Shown: positions 20,359 to 30,222 of the stretch, in pieces
How positions within the stretch are numbered: position 1 is the first letter of the stretch
Layout: each line of letters starts with the position of its first letter
Source: Candidatus Culexmicrobium cathedralense
Lineage (GTDB): Archaea > Thermoproteota > Methanomethylicia > Culexarchaeales > Culexmicrobiaceae
NCBI GenBank assembly: GCA_025061115.1
Contig: JANZKC010000001.1
Coordinates: 608,001-672,000, forward strand
Direction: 5' to 3'
Length of the DNA stretch: 64,000 nt
Notes under the pieces: generated by a model
Seen by the model: the letters and a program-made list of their open reading frames with translations, nothing else
The model's database searches: none
What the model was told of the DNA's origin: nothing
Made by a program: the position numbers and the translations under genes

Positions 20359-22089
20359 ATGAAGTTCAAAAGGATATTGCCGCTGGCTCAATCAATTCAA
20401 GCACTATTAGGAGCAGTATTGCTGCTAGACGCCCTTAAAGTGTATCATCACCCAACAATCCACAGAGCTACAGTCGCACTACAATTTCAGCTTAAATACG
20501 ACCTAACGCCGTTCGCTCTGCCACTTGTAGCAGTAACTGCAATTCACCTGGCAAAGCAGAGGCAATCCAAAATCCTAGGAAGCATAATCATAGCTTCGCT
20601 CATGCTATATCAGGCATTTGGGCTAAAAGCATCAGTAGCCACCATAGCTCTAGCTTTAACGGCACTAATCACCATAGTTGAGAGAAACGTAGTGGAAGTA
20701 GCCTTTTACACTTTAGCCTCACTAACAGCATTCGAATTCCTAGCACTGGCGCACTGGGCAATCACACTCCCATTAATGGGCTCATCGCTATTAGAAGAGC
20801 CAGCATTCCTGGAGCTCTCACTATTCTACATAGTAGCACCGCTATCGCCATTACTAATGCTATCAATCCTATACGCTTGGCTTGCAAAGCCAATAGTGAA
20901 GCAGCACTTAACCCCCATCCTAAGGTACATAACCGTAAAGATAACTAGGAAAAGGAATGAAGCGAAAAGCCTCCACCTCAACCCCAAAATTGCATTTGCA
21001 CTCTCAATAATTCTATCAGTCATAGTTGCGGCATACCCCTACATTCCCAGCATCAACCCCAAAGAAGTGCCAGTTGGAGTAGACATTAGATATTATGCAG
21101 GATGGACCCGCATGTTGGAGAGAGATCTAAACAACATTTTCACCATTGCAGGGGGCTCAAGACCCACAATCCTACTATTACTATATGCGCTTCGCCAGAT
21201 AACTGGACTGGAGCCCATCGAAGTGGTCAAGTGGACTCCAATCCTACTAAATCCACTCCTAACAATCATTACATACTACATGATTTCAAGGGCAACCGAA
21301 GATGATGAATGGGCAGCACTATCGGCCCTAATAACTGCAATTGGGCTCAAAGCAACGGTAAACATGTACTCATACTTCCTAACCAACATGCTGGCCCTCA
21401 TATTCCAGTATGCATCCATAACACTACTAGCAGTAGCAATCGAGAAAAGGGAGAAAGTTGCACTTGCAGCAGCTATAGCACTATCCTCAGCAGCCATATT
21501 CACTCACCCATGGACCTTCACCCAATACTACGCAGCCATAGCCCTATCACTTCTCATACAACTTTTAAGGCGAGCATACGCATCATCGTGGGATGAGTGG
21601 AAGGTAAAAGCACTGCTAGCATTCCTTGCAGCCACGGGCATCGTAGATGTGGTTAAAGAAAAGTTCATTGGAGCTGGAAGCTATAAGGCAACCCAAGCAA
21701 CAGTAATTAGCCAGCCAATGTACGCAAATATAATGGAGTTTTGGAACAACAACATATTTGCCTTCAGATTGCTATATGGAGGATACCTATCGAACGCAGT
21801 TCTACTGGCAATTGCAGCGCTAGGCGCCTACACTCTAAGCAGAAGAGGAGAGCTACATAAAATAATCATGAACCTCCTAATCGTGATGTCAATTACATAT
21901 CCATTCGTGAATGGAACTCTTCAAAGCAGGCTTATATTCAATTTACCAATAGAAGTCTTGACAGCTCAAGGACTACTATTCATAGTGAGAAAAGTCACAA
22001 TACCAAAGAAGCTAAGAAAAATAGCAGTAGCATTTACTATAACATCAACACTAACCTACGCACTCAGATCGCTAGCCAACTTAATTTAG
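20359..22089 (+). CDS. Polytopic membrane protein, possibly a GT-C-fold glycosyltransferase
   Basis: Many hydrophobic helices; PVGVDIRYY loop, RP and HPWT motifs recall archaeal GT-C-like proteins. Confidence 0.5.
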   Translation: MKFKRILPLAQSIQALLGAVLLLDALKVYHHPTIHRATVALQFQLKYDLTPFALPLVAVTAIHLAKQRQSKILGSIIIASLMLYQAFGLKASVATIALALTALITIVERNVVEVAFYTLASLTAFEFLALAHWAITLPLMGSSLLEEPAFLELSLFYIVAPLSPLLMLSILYAWLAKPIVKQHLTPILRYITVKITRKRNEAKSLHLNPKIAFALSIILSVIVAAYPYIPSINPKEVPVGVDIRYYAGWTRMLERDLNNIFTIAGGSRPTILLLLYALRQITGLEPIEVVKWTPILLNPLLTIITYYMISRATEDDEWAALSALITAIGLKATVNMYSYFLTNMLALIFQYASITLLAVAIEKREKVALAAAIALSSAAIFTHPWTFTQYYAAIALSLLIQLLRRAYASSWDEWKVKALLAFLAATGIVDVVKEKFIGAGSYKATQATVISQPMYANIMEFWNNNIFAFRLLYGGYLSNAVLLAIAALGAYTLSRRGELHKIIMNLLIVMSITYPFVNGTLQSRLIFNLPIEVLTAQGLLFIVRKVTIPKKLRKIAVAFTITSTLTYALRSLANLI

Positions 22090-22141
22090 CAAGCTAATAA
22101 TTTAATTGAGAATGACAAACAAGCTTTCGAGGTGAAAGTTC

Positions 22142-22453
22142 TTGACGAAATATCGCGTAAAAATAGTGGTTAAGGAAGTTAGAGGACAATGCGCTGCAGG
22201 ATATAAAGCTGGAGATACAATCATTGCTGAGCGATTTTACATCATACCACAAAATTCAGCGAAAATATGTCTACACGCACTATCAGCAATGCAAACAATA
22301 TTGTCGGCATTCCTCCACGGAACTTCGGCTAAAGAGTTAGGGATAGGCGAAAAGGATGATGCGGGATACCTTCAATGCCCAGATCCCGGACCCCCACTAA
22401 CAAAGGGAGGAACAGTTATATTCGAGTTAAAACGTGAACCCATGCAATCTTGA
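22142..22453 (+). CDS. TIGR04076-family small Cys-containing protein
   Basis: VKEVRGQC..GYK.GD, ICLHAL, CPDPG and GTVIFEL pattern. Confidence 0.75.
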   Translation: MTKYRVKIVVKEVRGQCAAGYKAGDTIIAERFYIIPQNSAKICLHALSAMQTILSAFLHGTSAKELGIGEKDDAGYLQCPDPGPPLTKGGTVIFELKREPMQS

Positions 22454-22557
22454 AATGCTAAGTAGGTAGCCATTGAAATAACGTGCATCATTCAATTAAA
22501 ACTTAAAGGCTCTGAGAATTAACGTTAAATACAATTAAACAAGTACTTTGTGTAGAG

Positions 22558-22785
22558 GTGCAAAACTTGAGCGAGGAGAAAGTTGCAATCTACATACCAA
22601 AGGAACTCTACGACAAGATAGTTGAGGAAGTTGAAAAGAGTAAGGGAGAATTCAAAAGCGTAGAAGAATACGTGAAATTCGTGCTTGAAGAATTACTGAA
22701 AGAGGAGGAAGACGAGTACGTATACACCCCGGAAGAGGAAGAGGAAATCAAGAAGAGGCTTAGAGCACTTGGCTATATAGGCTAA
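22558..22785 (+). CDS. RHH/CopG protein with acidic RLRALGYIG tail
   Basis: VAIYIPKELYDKI...FKSVEEYVKFVLEE; tail YTPEEEEEIKKRLRALGYIG. Confidence 0.85.
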   Translation: MQNLSEEKVAIYIPKELYDKIVEEVEKSKGEFKSVEEYVKFVLEELLKEEEDEYVYTPEEEEEIKKRLRALGYIG

Positions 22786-22915
22786 ATTCAGCAGATCATA
22801 CAAACTTTCAAACCCATCAAATCGAATTCTAGCAAAATCCACGAAATGCGTAATTCAAGCTTAAAATCGCCCAAGAAAATCGATGCTCTTTTATTTAATT
22901 AAATATAATTAAATT

Positions 22916-23170
22916 TTGAGGCGATCATCCTTGGGCGAGGAAAGCAGAAGCAAGGGAAAGTACACCACAGTTTCAATACCAACAACCCTCTATAATAGAA
23001 TTAAGCAGTTAATCGAAGACACTGGATTCACCTCAGTTTCAAGCTACGTGACATACGTTTTGAGGGAGATAGTAGCCGCACATGAAGAGGCCCGGTACAG
23101 CGAGCCGTACACCGAGGAAGACAAGATGAGGATCATTGAGAAGCTTAGGAAGCTAGGCTACTTAGAGTAG
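22916..23170 (+). CDS. RHH/CopG protein with KLRKLGYLE tail
   Basis: TTVSIPTTLYNRIK...GFTSVSSYVTYVLRE; tail YTEEDKMRIIEKLRKLGYLE. Confidence 0.85.
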   Translation: MRRSSLGEESRSKGKYTTVSIPTTLYNRIKQLIEDTGFTSVSSYVTYVLREIVAAHEEARYSEPYTEEDKMRIIEKLRKLGYLE

Positions 23171-23172
23171 GG

Positions 23173-24336
23173 GTGAAAGCTATGGTAGCGCCACCACATG
23201 GTGGAAAGCTCGTAAATAGAGTTTCATCGGGCAGAAGGAGAAGTAGGCTCCTAAGCGAAGTTGAAGAGCTCCCGAAAATAGCTGTCCCCAAGGAGATAGC
23301 CGTTGATGTTGAAAACATAGCCTATGGAGTTTTCAGCCCACTGGAGGGATTCATGACCCAGGAAGACTACTCACACGTGTTAAACGACATGAGGCTTAGC
23401 AACGACATACCATGGACCATCCCAATAGTATTGGACGTAGAGCCAAAAGCCATCAAAAGCTTGAAAGAAGGCGATGAAATCGCAATTACAGATAAGAATG
23501 AAGCGCCCATAGCCATCATGAAAATCGAGGAGGCATACAAGTGGGATAAAAAGGAGCATGCAATCAAGGTATTCAAAACCCTAGACGCGAACCATCCGGG
23601 CGTAGCCAAGACCATGAAAATGAAGGACACATTGCTAGCCGGAAAACTGGAATTGATAAGGGAAGTAGAAAATCCATTCTACCGCTACACTCTAAGGCCG
23701 GTGGAAACGAGAATCCTTTTCGAGGAGAAGAGGTGGAGGACGATAGTTGGATTTCAAACGAGAAATGCGCCACACCTGGGCCACGAGTACGTGCAAAAGG
23801 CAGCGCTAACCTTCACGGATGGACTCTTCATAAACCCCCTAGTAGGCTGGAAGAAGCCTGGAGACTACAAGGATGAAGTAATTTTAGAAGCATACGACGC
23901 CCTGATCAAGCACTACTACCCGAAGAATGCTGTAGTACTGGCAGTGCTAAGAACATCAATGAGGTACGCCGGCCCAAGAGAAGCGATATTCCACGCAATA
24001 GTACGCAAAAACTTTGGATGCACCCACTTCATCGTGGGCAGAGACCATGCAGGCGTAGGAAACTACTATAAGCCCTATGAGGCGCAGGAAATATTCAAGG
24101 AATTCCCAGATTTGGGAATAATACCCCTATTCGTAAAAGAGGCATTCTACTGCGCCAAGTGCGGAGGAATGGTCAGCGAGAAAATATGCCCCCACCCAGA
24201 CAATTACAAGATACGAATGAGCGGGACTAAAATCAGGCAAATAATAATGAAGAGAGTTAAGCCGCCTCCAACAATGATGCGGCCAGAAGTGGCGGAGGCA
24301 ATACTGAAATGGGAAAATCCATTCGTGACCAGCTGA
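23173..24336 (+). CDS. sat: Sulfate adenylyltransferase (ATP sulfurylase)
   Basis: PHGGKL, FQTRNAPHLGHE, MRYAGPREA, HFIVGRDHAG, Zn-site CAKC...CPH and SGT motifs. Confidence 0.96.
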   Translation: MKAMVAPPHGGKLVNRVSSGRRRSRLLSEVEELPKIAVPKEIAVDVENIAYGVFSPLEGFMTQEDYSHVLNDMRLSNDIPWTIPIVLDVEPKAIKSLKEGDEIAITDKNEAPIAIMKIEEAYKWDKKEHAIKVFKTLDANHPGVAKTMKMKDTLLAGKLELIREVENPFYRYTLRPVETRILFEEKRWRTIVGFQTRNAPHLGHEYVQKAALTFTDGLFINPLVGWKKPGDYKDEVILEAYDALIKHYYPKNAVVLAVLRTSMRYAGPREAIFHAIVRKNFGCTHFIVGRDHAGVGNYYKPYEAQEIFKEFPDLGIIPLFVKEAFYCAKCGGMVSEKICPHPDNYKIRMSGTKIRQIIMKRVKPPPTMMRPEVAEAILKWENPFVTS

Positions 24337-25355
24337 AAAAAGCTGAAAGCATATTAGCAGTACACCACTGGGACGCCGACGGCATAGCTTCAGCAGCCAT
24401 GATAGCTGAAGAATATGGAGAAATAGTAAATTACTGCCCGCCAATAGGGCTCTTCAAAGTCAATGACGAAGTGCTAGATGAGTTAAAAAGTAGGCTCAGC
24501 ACGAAAAGCGATTTAATATTAATTTTAGATTGGAACATCCCCTACAAAGATGCAGAGACGATGGAGAAAGCATTAGGGGCAAAAGTGGCAGTAATAGATC
24601 ACCACTACAAAAGCGAGCCACCGCCGAAACCAGCATACTACAACCCAGTGGCATGCGGAGAGCCGGAGGAAAACTGGCCGTCAACCACGTGGACAATCAT
24701 GAAAGCCCTAAACATGCAATTAAACCTAAAGGTCATATTAGGAGTATTTGGAGATCTAGAAGAAAAAGCCACCACGCTAAAGCTGTACCGCCAAGCGATA
24801 AAGCCCCACATAGAGAGGCGGAAACACTCAGTTGAAGAGCTCATCGAAGCGGCAAAGCGCTTGAACGCCTGTGGGAGAATTGGAGATAGAAAAATTGTAG
24901 AAAATGCTGTTTGGAAGCTAATTAAGTACGGCAGCGACTTGAAAACTATTTTAAGTGATGAAGAGTGGAGGAAAGCGCAAGCAACAATCGAAGCGGAAGT
25001 TAATAGGATAATAAATTCGGGTGGAGAAGTCATTCATGGAAACATCTTGGTGAAGAGGTTTGCAAGCCCCTACAACTTAACTTCAGAAGTCGCAAGAAAG
25101 CTTGCAAAGCTAAAGCCCAAGTCGATCATAGTGGCAGCAAATGAAAGCGCAAGGCTTAACGAAGCCGAAATTTACGTGAGAAGGGGAAGCATGCTAAAAG
25201 TGAAGCTCACTCCAATCATCAATAAGCTCAGAAAAGTAGGTTTAGAAGCAGGAGGCAAAGAGGCAGTATTTGGAGTGAAAGTAACTCACAGCAAAGTAGA
25301 AGAAGCTTTAAAATCGACATTAAACACGCTTATGGAGGATTTGAATATTGGCTAG
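24309..25355 (+). CDS. DHH-family phosphoesterase (possible pAp phosphatase)
   Basis: HHWDADG, ILD, IDHH motifs and a DHHA1-like GG motif. Confidence 0.8.
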   Translation: MGKSIRDQLKKAESILAVHHWDADGIASAAMIAEEYGEIVNYCPPIGLFKVNDEVLDELKSRLSTKSDLILILDWNIPYKDAETMEKALGAKVAVIDHHYKSEPPPKPAYYNPVACGEPEENWPSTTWTIMKALNMQLNLKVILGVFGDLEEKATTLKLYRQAIKPHIERRKHSVEELIEAAKRLNACGRIGDRKIVENAVWKLIKYGSDLKTILSDEEWRKAQATIEAEVNRIINSGGEVIHGNILVKRFASPYNLTSEVARKLAKLKPKSIIVAANESARLNEAEIYVRRGSMLKVKLTPIINKLRKVGLEAGGKEAVFGVKVTHSKVEEALKSTLNTLMEDLNIG

Positions 25356-26694
25356 GAAGCTAATGGTAATTGGGCTGGACGCAGCACCTCCAAAGCTAAT
25401 TTACGAGCAATATGAGGACGAGCTCCCAACCATATCCAAGCTAATGGTAGAGGGATGTAAAGCCGAGCTGAGAAGCACCCACCCCCCAATAACCATACCA
25501 GCATGGGCCTCCATGGTCACAGGAAAAACGCCTGGAGAACTCGGAATGTACGGCTTCAGACATAAAAAGCCTAAAAGCTACACAGACTTCTACATTGCAA
25601 ACTCGAAATTCATCAAGCACCCAACAGTATGGGATAAAGCTGGTGAAAGGGGGCTTAAAAGCATAGTTGTCGGAGTGCCTCCAGGATACCCGCCCAAGCA
25701 GATAAATGGATTTTGGGTGAGCTGCTTCATAACTCCAAGCAACAAATCCCAATACACCTACCCGCCGAAGCTAAAGCGAGAAATCGAAGAAAAATTTGGG
25801 TCATACCAGTTCGACGTAGTATTTAGAACCGAGGAGAGGGACAAGCTCATAAAGGAACTTTGGGAGATGACTAGATACCACTTCAAAGTATTAAGGTGGC
25901 TAGCGCAGAAGAGCTGGGACTTCTTCATGTTCGTAGAAATAGGGGTAGACAGAGTGCAGCACGCATTCTGGGGATACATGGATCCGGAACACCACAAGTA
26001 CAAGCCAGGAAACAAGTACGAGAAAACGATACTAGAGTACTACAAGCTAATAGATAGCGAGCTGGAAAAACTTCTGAAAAACACGCCTAAAGACGCTGCA
26101 GTAATGGTAATCTCAGACCACGGAGCAAAAAGAATGAAGGGAGCATTCTGCATAAACCAGTGGCTTGCAGAGAAAGGGTACTTGAAGCTCAAAAGCAAAC
26201 CCTCAAAGCCAGGAATAGAACTGGCTAAAGTAGACGTAGACTGGAGCAACACAATAGCGTGGGGTTGGGGCGGATACTACGCAAGAATATACCTAAACCT
26301 AGAAGGAAGAGAGGCTAAGGGAATCATTAAGCAGAAGGACTACGAGCACTACAGAGACGAGCTAGCAGAGGAGATCAGGAAGATTAAGGGCCCAAACGGA
26401 GAAAAGTGGGAGACCAAAGTCTACAAGCCGGAGGAGCTCTACCCAAAAGTTAGAGGAGACCCACCAGACCTAATAGTCTACCTAGACGACCTATACTGGA
26501 GGAGCGCAGGAACCCTCGGATGGGAAACCAAGTACCTAAGAGAAAATGATCGAGGACCAGATGACGCTGTTCACGACTGGAATGGCATCATAGTGGTGTA
26601 CGACCCAGAAAAAACCGTAGAGCTGAAAAACGAAATGGTAGAAATAGCTAGAGTGCACGAAATAATGCTCAAGCTACTGGAAATTGGAGAGTGA
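25348..26694 (+). CDS. Alkaline-phosphatase superfamily (nucleotide pyrophosphatase/phosphodiesterase-like) enzyme
   Basis: IGLDAA, PPITIPAWASMVTG (Thr nucleophile), DRVQHAFW, ISDHG and DAVHD motifs. Confidence 0.88.
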   Translation: MARKLMVIGLDAAPPKLIYEQYEDELPTISKLMVEGCKAELRSTHPPITIPAWASMVTGKTPGELGMYGFRHKKPKSYTDFYIANSKFIKHPTVWDKAGERGLKSIVVGVPPGYPPKQINGFWVSCFITPSNKSQYTYPPKLKREIEEKFGSYQFDVVFRTEERDKLIKELWEMTRYHFKVLRWLAQKSWDFFMFVEIGVDRVQHAFWGYMDPEHHKYKPGNKYEKTILEYYKLIDSELEKLLKNTPKDAAVMVISDHGAKRMKGAFCINQWLAEKGYLKLKSKPSKPGIELAKVDVDWSNTIAWGWGGYYARIYLNLEGREAKGIIKQKDYEHYRDELAEEIRKIKGPNGEKWETKVYKPEELYPKVRGDPPDLIVYLDDLYWRSAGTLGWETKYLRENDRGPDDAVHDWNGIIVVYDPEKTVELKNEMVEIARVHEIMLKLLEIGE

Positions 26695-27244
26695 AACGGT
26701 GGATAAAGGATTCGTGCTATGGATAACAGGTCTGCCAGGATCAGGAAAAACAACCATAGCAAGAGGAGTGGCGGAAAAGCTAAGGCAAAGAGGATTAAAA
26801 GTGGAATTGCTCGACGGAGATGAAGTTAGAAGGTGGCTTAGCCCAGAAGCAGGCTTCACCAGAGAAGACAGAACAAGACACTTGATAAGAGTGGCGCACG
26901 TAGCAAAGCTACTAGCCAGAAATGGAGTAGCAGTAATAGCATCCTTCGTATCCCCATACAAAGACGTTAGAAAAAAGGCAAGAGAAATAATTGAAGGAGA
27001 AGGAATACCATTCATAGAAGTCTACGTGGAGTGCAGCCTAGAAGAATGCATGAGGAGAGACCCAAAAGGACTATATAAAAGAGCATTGAGAGGAGAAATA
27101 AAGCACATGACAGGCATAGACGATCCATACGAGCCCCCCGAAAATCCAGAAATAAAGGTAAACACAGAAAAAGATGGTATAGCCGAAAACATTGAAAAAG
27201 TAATAAGTAAAGTCGAAGAACTAAAGCTAATAACACAAAATTAA
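26684..27244 (+). CDS. cysC: Adenylyl-sulfate kinase
   Basis: WITGLPGSGKTT, LDGDEVR, SFVSPY, RDPKGLYKRA and TGIDDPYEPP motifs. Confidence 0.96.
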   Translation: MESETVDKGFVLWITGLPGSGKTTIARGVAEKLRQRGLKVELLDGDEVRRWLSPEAGFTREDRTRHLIRVAHVAKLLARNGVAVIASFVSPYKDVRKKAREIIEGEGIPFIEVYVECSLEECMRRDPKGLYKRALRGEIKHMTGIDDPYEPPENPEIKVNTEKDGIAENIEKVISKVEELKLITQN

Positions 27245-27397
27245 CAATCAAATTATTTTAACTAATTCAAGCTTCTCAACATAACAATCTGAAATGCTGC
27301 AAGCCCATCAACGTAACGACAGTAAATCAGGTAGAGCATTAATGCTATCAATCAGCTAAGCAAACCTAATAAGGTGAAAGCGCCGCGAGGTGAGCAT

Positions 27398-27811
27398 ATG
27401 GAGAAATTTGAAGTAAAACCCGGCATCAGTTTAATTGAAGACTATGAAGTAAAACCTGAACATGCAGCCAAGCACGTAGGCTCAGGAGAAGTTGAAGTTC
27501 TATCCACTCCATCCATGATAGCATTCATGGAAAGAACAGCACTTAAGTGCGTTCAAAAGCAGTTGCCTAAAGGCTTCATCACAGTAGGAGTTGGAGTAAA
27601 CGTAAAGCACTTAAAGCCAGCTCCAGTGGGAGCAAAAGTAACCGTAGAAGCCGAGCTGGTAAAAGTTGAAGGTAGAAAGCTGACATTTAAAGTAAAAGCA
27701 AAATGGAAGGAGGTCACTATTGGAGAGGGAACCCATGAAAGATACATAGTAAATAAGGAAAAATTCCTAGAAAAAGTAAAAAGAATGTTCGAGGAAAAAA
27801 GCAAGAATTAA
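27398..27811 (+). CDS. FlK-like hotdog-fold thioesterase
   Basis: HVGSG..VLSTPSMIAFME, TVG..VNVKHL.PAP.G and GEGTHER motifs; GAGGTGA RBS before ATG 27398. Confidence 0.88.
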   Translation: MEKFEVKPGISLIEDYEVKPEHAAKHVGSGEVEVLSTPSMIAFMERTALKCVQKQLPKGFITVGVGVNVKHLKPAPVGAKVTVEAELVKVEGRKLTFKVKAKWKEVTIGEGTHERYIVNKEKFLEKVKRMFEEKSKN

Positions 27812-28006
27812 ATTGTATCAATCACAAAACAGTGGAAAATACAGAGGACGGCCCAATGCCTATACTATTTGGATGCATAAGTAAAAGCAGTGAACTGAAA
27901 ACCTCGAGGACATAGTCGTAAAGGCAGCTGAAAATAAATACAATCAAAAAGTAGAAGTGCGCAACCCCCACAAGAAAAGCAATCATAGGGTATAGTTGTA
28001 AAAGTA

Positions 28007-28825
28007 ATGAGATATTCGTTGAGCAGGATCGCGAAAATTAAAGGTGATATATACAGACACCCCCAAGCACTAAGTTCAGACTCAGCAGAAATAACACTAA
28101 CAGCAAACAAGCTTGAAATTGAGGTAGACGCATTCAACATGAAAAGAATTTACATTTACAAAACTTCAAGGCAACTAATATTCAGCACCTCTCTAAGGCA
28201 TATAGCTGAAATAATGAAAAAGCTAGATTTGAAATTAAAGTTAAATGTAAAGTCAACGATTTTCTACCTAGCCACAGGCATACTCCCAATAGAAACTACC
28301 ATAATTGAAGGAATTAGAAAAACAGCTCCGGGAGAAAAGCTAATAATAGAGCTAGAAAACCTCCAGGAAAATAGCATTAAGAGAGACTACATAGAATATG
28401 GAGAGCCTCCCAAAATAACTGAAAATCACATCGAAATTCTCTACAACCACTTGCTGGAAGCAGTGAAGAAAAGAGCGGAAGACAACGTGAAGCCAGCAGT
28501 AATGCTAAGTGGAGGAATAGACTCAGCCCTACTAGCAGCTTTAGTTGCTAAGTACAATGAGAATCTAACTGCAGTAAATCTCACAATCCCAAACTTCTAC
28601 AGCGAATATGAAAATGCGAGAAAAGTAGCAGAATACCTAAACATTCCAATCATGAAAATAGAAGTCAAAGTAAGAGAAAACGAAATGGTAGAAGAGCACG
28701 TAAAAGCAGCAAGCTACATTAAAGAGCCAACATCACGAGCAGGCTTCTACAACCACTATAAAATTATGAAAGAAGCGCAAGAACACTTATCAGCCAACAA
28801 TCAAACTTTAACATTAGAACAATGA
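28007..28825 (+). CDS. Asparagine-synthase-related protein, C-terminally truncated (possible pseudogene)
   Basis: T..EGIRK..PG and MLSGGIDS PP-loop; ends before the GxGxDE motif and overlaps the next start. Confidence 0.6.
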   Translation: MRYSLSRIAKIKGDIYRHPQALSSDSAEITLTANKLEIEVDAFNMKRIYIYKTSRQLIFSTSLRHIAEIMKKLDLKLKLNVKSTIFYLATGILPIETTIIEGIRKTAPGEKLIIELENLQENSIKRDYIEYGEPPKITENHIEILYNHLLEAVKKRAEDNVKPAVMLSGGIDSALLAALVAKYNENLTAVNLTIPNFYSEYENARKVAEYLNIPIMKIEVKVRENEMVEEHVKAASYIKEPTSRAGFYNHYKIMKEAQEHLSANNQTLTLEQ

Positions 28826-29901
28826 AGTTTAAACCATTAAATTTCGAAATTGGATGGTTCGACTCCCTTGGCGCCAAGTCAGCGTCAGTGCTAATCGAAA
28901 CGCCTGATGTGAAGGTTTTCATAGATCCTGGAATTGCAGTCATGCATCCATCATTTCCAGCACCAGTGGAAGTTAAATTTGAGCTCTACGAGAAGGGTTA
29001 TGAGAGAATTGTAGAGCTGGCGAAGAAGGCTGACGTAATAATAATTACGCATTACCACTACGACCACTTCACCGACTTCGACCCGCAGATTTATAGGGGT
29101 AAATTGGTGTTTGCAAAAAATCCAAATGAGTACATCAACAATTCCCAGAGGAAGAGGGCAATCAACTTCTACGAAAACCTCTATGGCCAACTCGGAGAGG
29201 TTAAGCTGGAAGAAGTCATGCTTGAGCCGGAGGAGAAGGATTACCCAAGCCCACTTAGTGACCTTGAAATAGCACGCTCCAAAAGCTTTGGCGACTACGA
29301 TGAGAGGAGGAGGCAACTACTGATGAAAGGCGAAGAGGCATTTAGGAAGCTGACTGAAAAGTGGTGTTCATGGAGGAGGGTACCTGAAGCAGATGCGAAA
29401 AACATCAAATTACGCTTTGCAGATGGCCGAAAAATCGAATTCGGCAATACAACCATTAAATTCACAAAGCCATTGTTTCATGGCATCGAATACTCCAAGT
29501 TGGGGTGGACCTATTCGGTTGTAATTGAGCATGAAGGCATTAAGCTGATGCACACATCAGACTTGAACGGACCAATCATCGAAGACTATGCGGATCTAAT
29601 AATCAATGAAAATCCCGACATATTATTCCTAGATGGGCCTCCAACATACCTTCTAGGATACACCATGAACCTAACCAACTTCAAAAGAGCAGTGGAAAAT
29701 GCTATCAAAATTATCGAAAACACGAGAAACCTCAAGCTAATAATATATGATCACCACCTACCAAGAGAACCGAAATTTAGGGAGAGAACCAAGAAGGTCT
29801 GGGAAATAGGCGAAAAAATTGAAGTTGAAATAGTTACAGCAGCAGAGTACCTTGGTGAAAAACCAGCAGTACTTCGATTCTCTAAACCTAAAAATCATTA
29901 G
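28822..29901 (+). CDS. MBL-fold metallo-hydrolase (UPF0282-like)
   Basis: FDSLGAKS, IDPG, THYHYDH, FHG, HTSD, DGPPTY and YDHH motifs. Confidence 0.85.
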   Translation: MKFKPLNFEIGWFDSLGAKSASVLIETPDVKVFIDPGIAVMHPSFPAPVEVKFELYEKGYERIVELAKKADVIIITHYHYDHFTDFDPQIYRGKLVFAKNPNEYINNSQRKRAINFYENLYGQLGEVKLEEVMLEPEEKDYPSPLSDLEIARSKSFGDYDERRRQLLMKGEEAFRKLTEKWCSWRRVPEADAKNIKLRFADGRKIEFGNTTIKFTKPLFHGIEYSKLGWTYSVVIEHEGIKLMHTSDLNGPIIEDYADLIINENPDILFLDGPPTYLLGYTMNLTNFKRAVENAIKIIENTRNLKLIIYDHHLPREPKFRERTKKVWEIGEKIEVEIVTAAEYLGEKPAVLRFSKPKNH

Positions 29902-29906
29902 AGATA

Positions 29907-29938
29907 AAATCTTAGAAAAACATATATTTCTTAGATTT
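29907..29938. promoter_or_regulatory. Inverted-repeat operator upstream of an AbrB-VapC pair
   Basis: AAATCTTAGAAA-N8-TTTCTTAGATTT (one mismatch) around an AT-rich TATA-like spacer. Confidence 0.5.
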
Positions 29939-29952
29939 ATAGATCATTCTAG

Positions 29953-30222
29953 GTGAACTATTTGGAACTAAGTAAAGTAAGTAAGAAAGGTTTAACCAGC
30001 ATTCCAGCAAGAGTGAGAAAAGCAGCCAAAATTGAAGAAGGAGACTTTCTATCTTGGGAAGTTGATGAAAAAACTAAAACAATCATAGTTAAAGTCATTA
30101 AAAATCCATACAAATTTCTGAGGGGAAAATATTGCGACCCAAATTTAACTTATGAAAATGTGGAGGGCGAAGCCGAAAAACTACTGTTTGGGGAGCTAAA
30201 GGATGCCCGTAATAGAGCTTGA
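29953..30222 (+). CDS. AbrB/MazE-type antitoxin
   Basis: KVSKKG...IPARVRKAAKIEEGD AbrB motif; overlaps the PIN gene. Confidence 0.85.
   Translation: MNYLELSKVSKKGLTSIPARVRKAAKIEEGDFLSWEVDEKTKTIIVKVIKNPYKFLRGKYCDPNLTYENVEGEAEKLLFGELKDARNRA

Noticed and set aside
23173-27244. Dissimilatory or assimilatory sulfate reduction
   Set aside because: No aprAB, dsrAB, cysH or sulfite reductase in the window; cysC plus DHH points to PAPS use, although reductases could lie elsewhere
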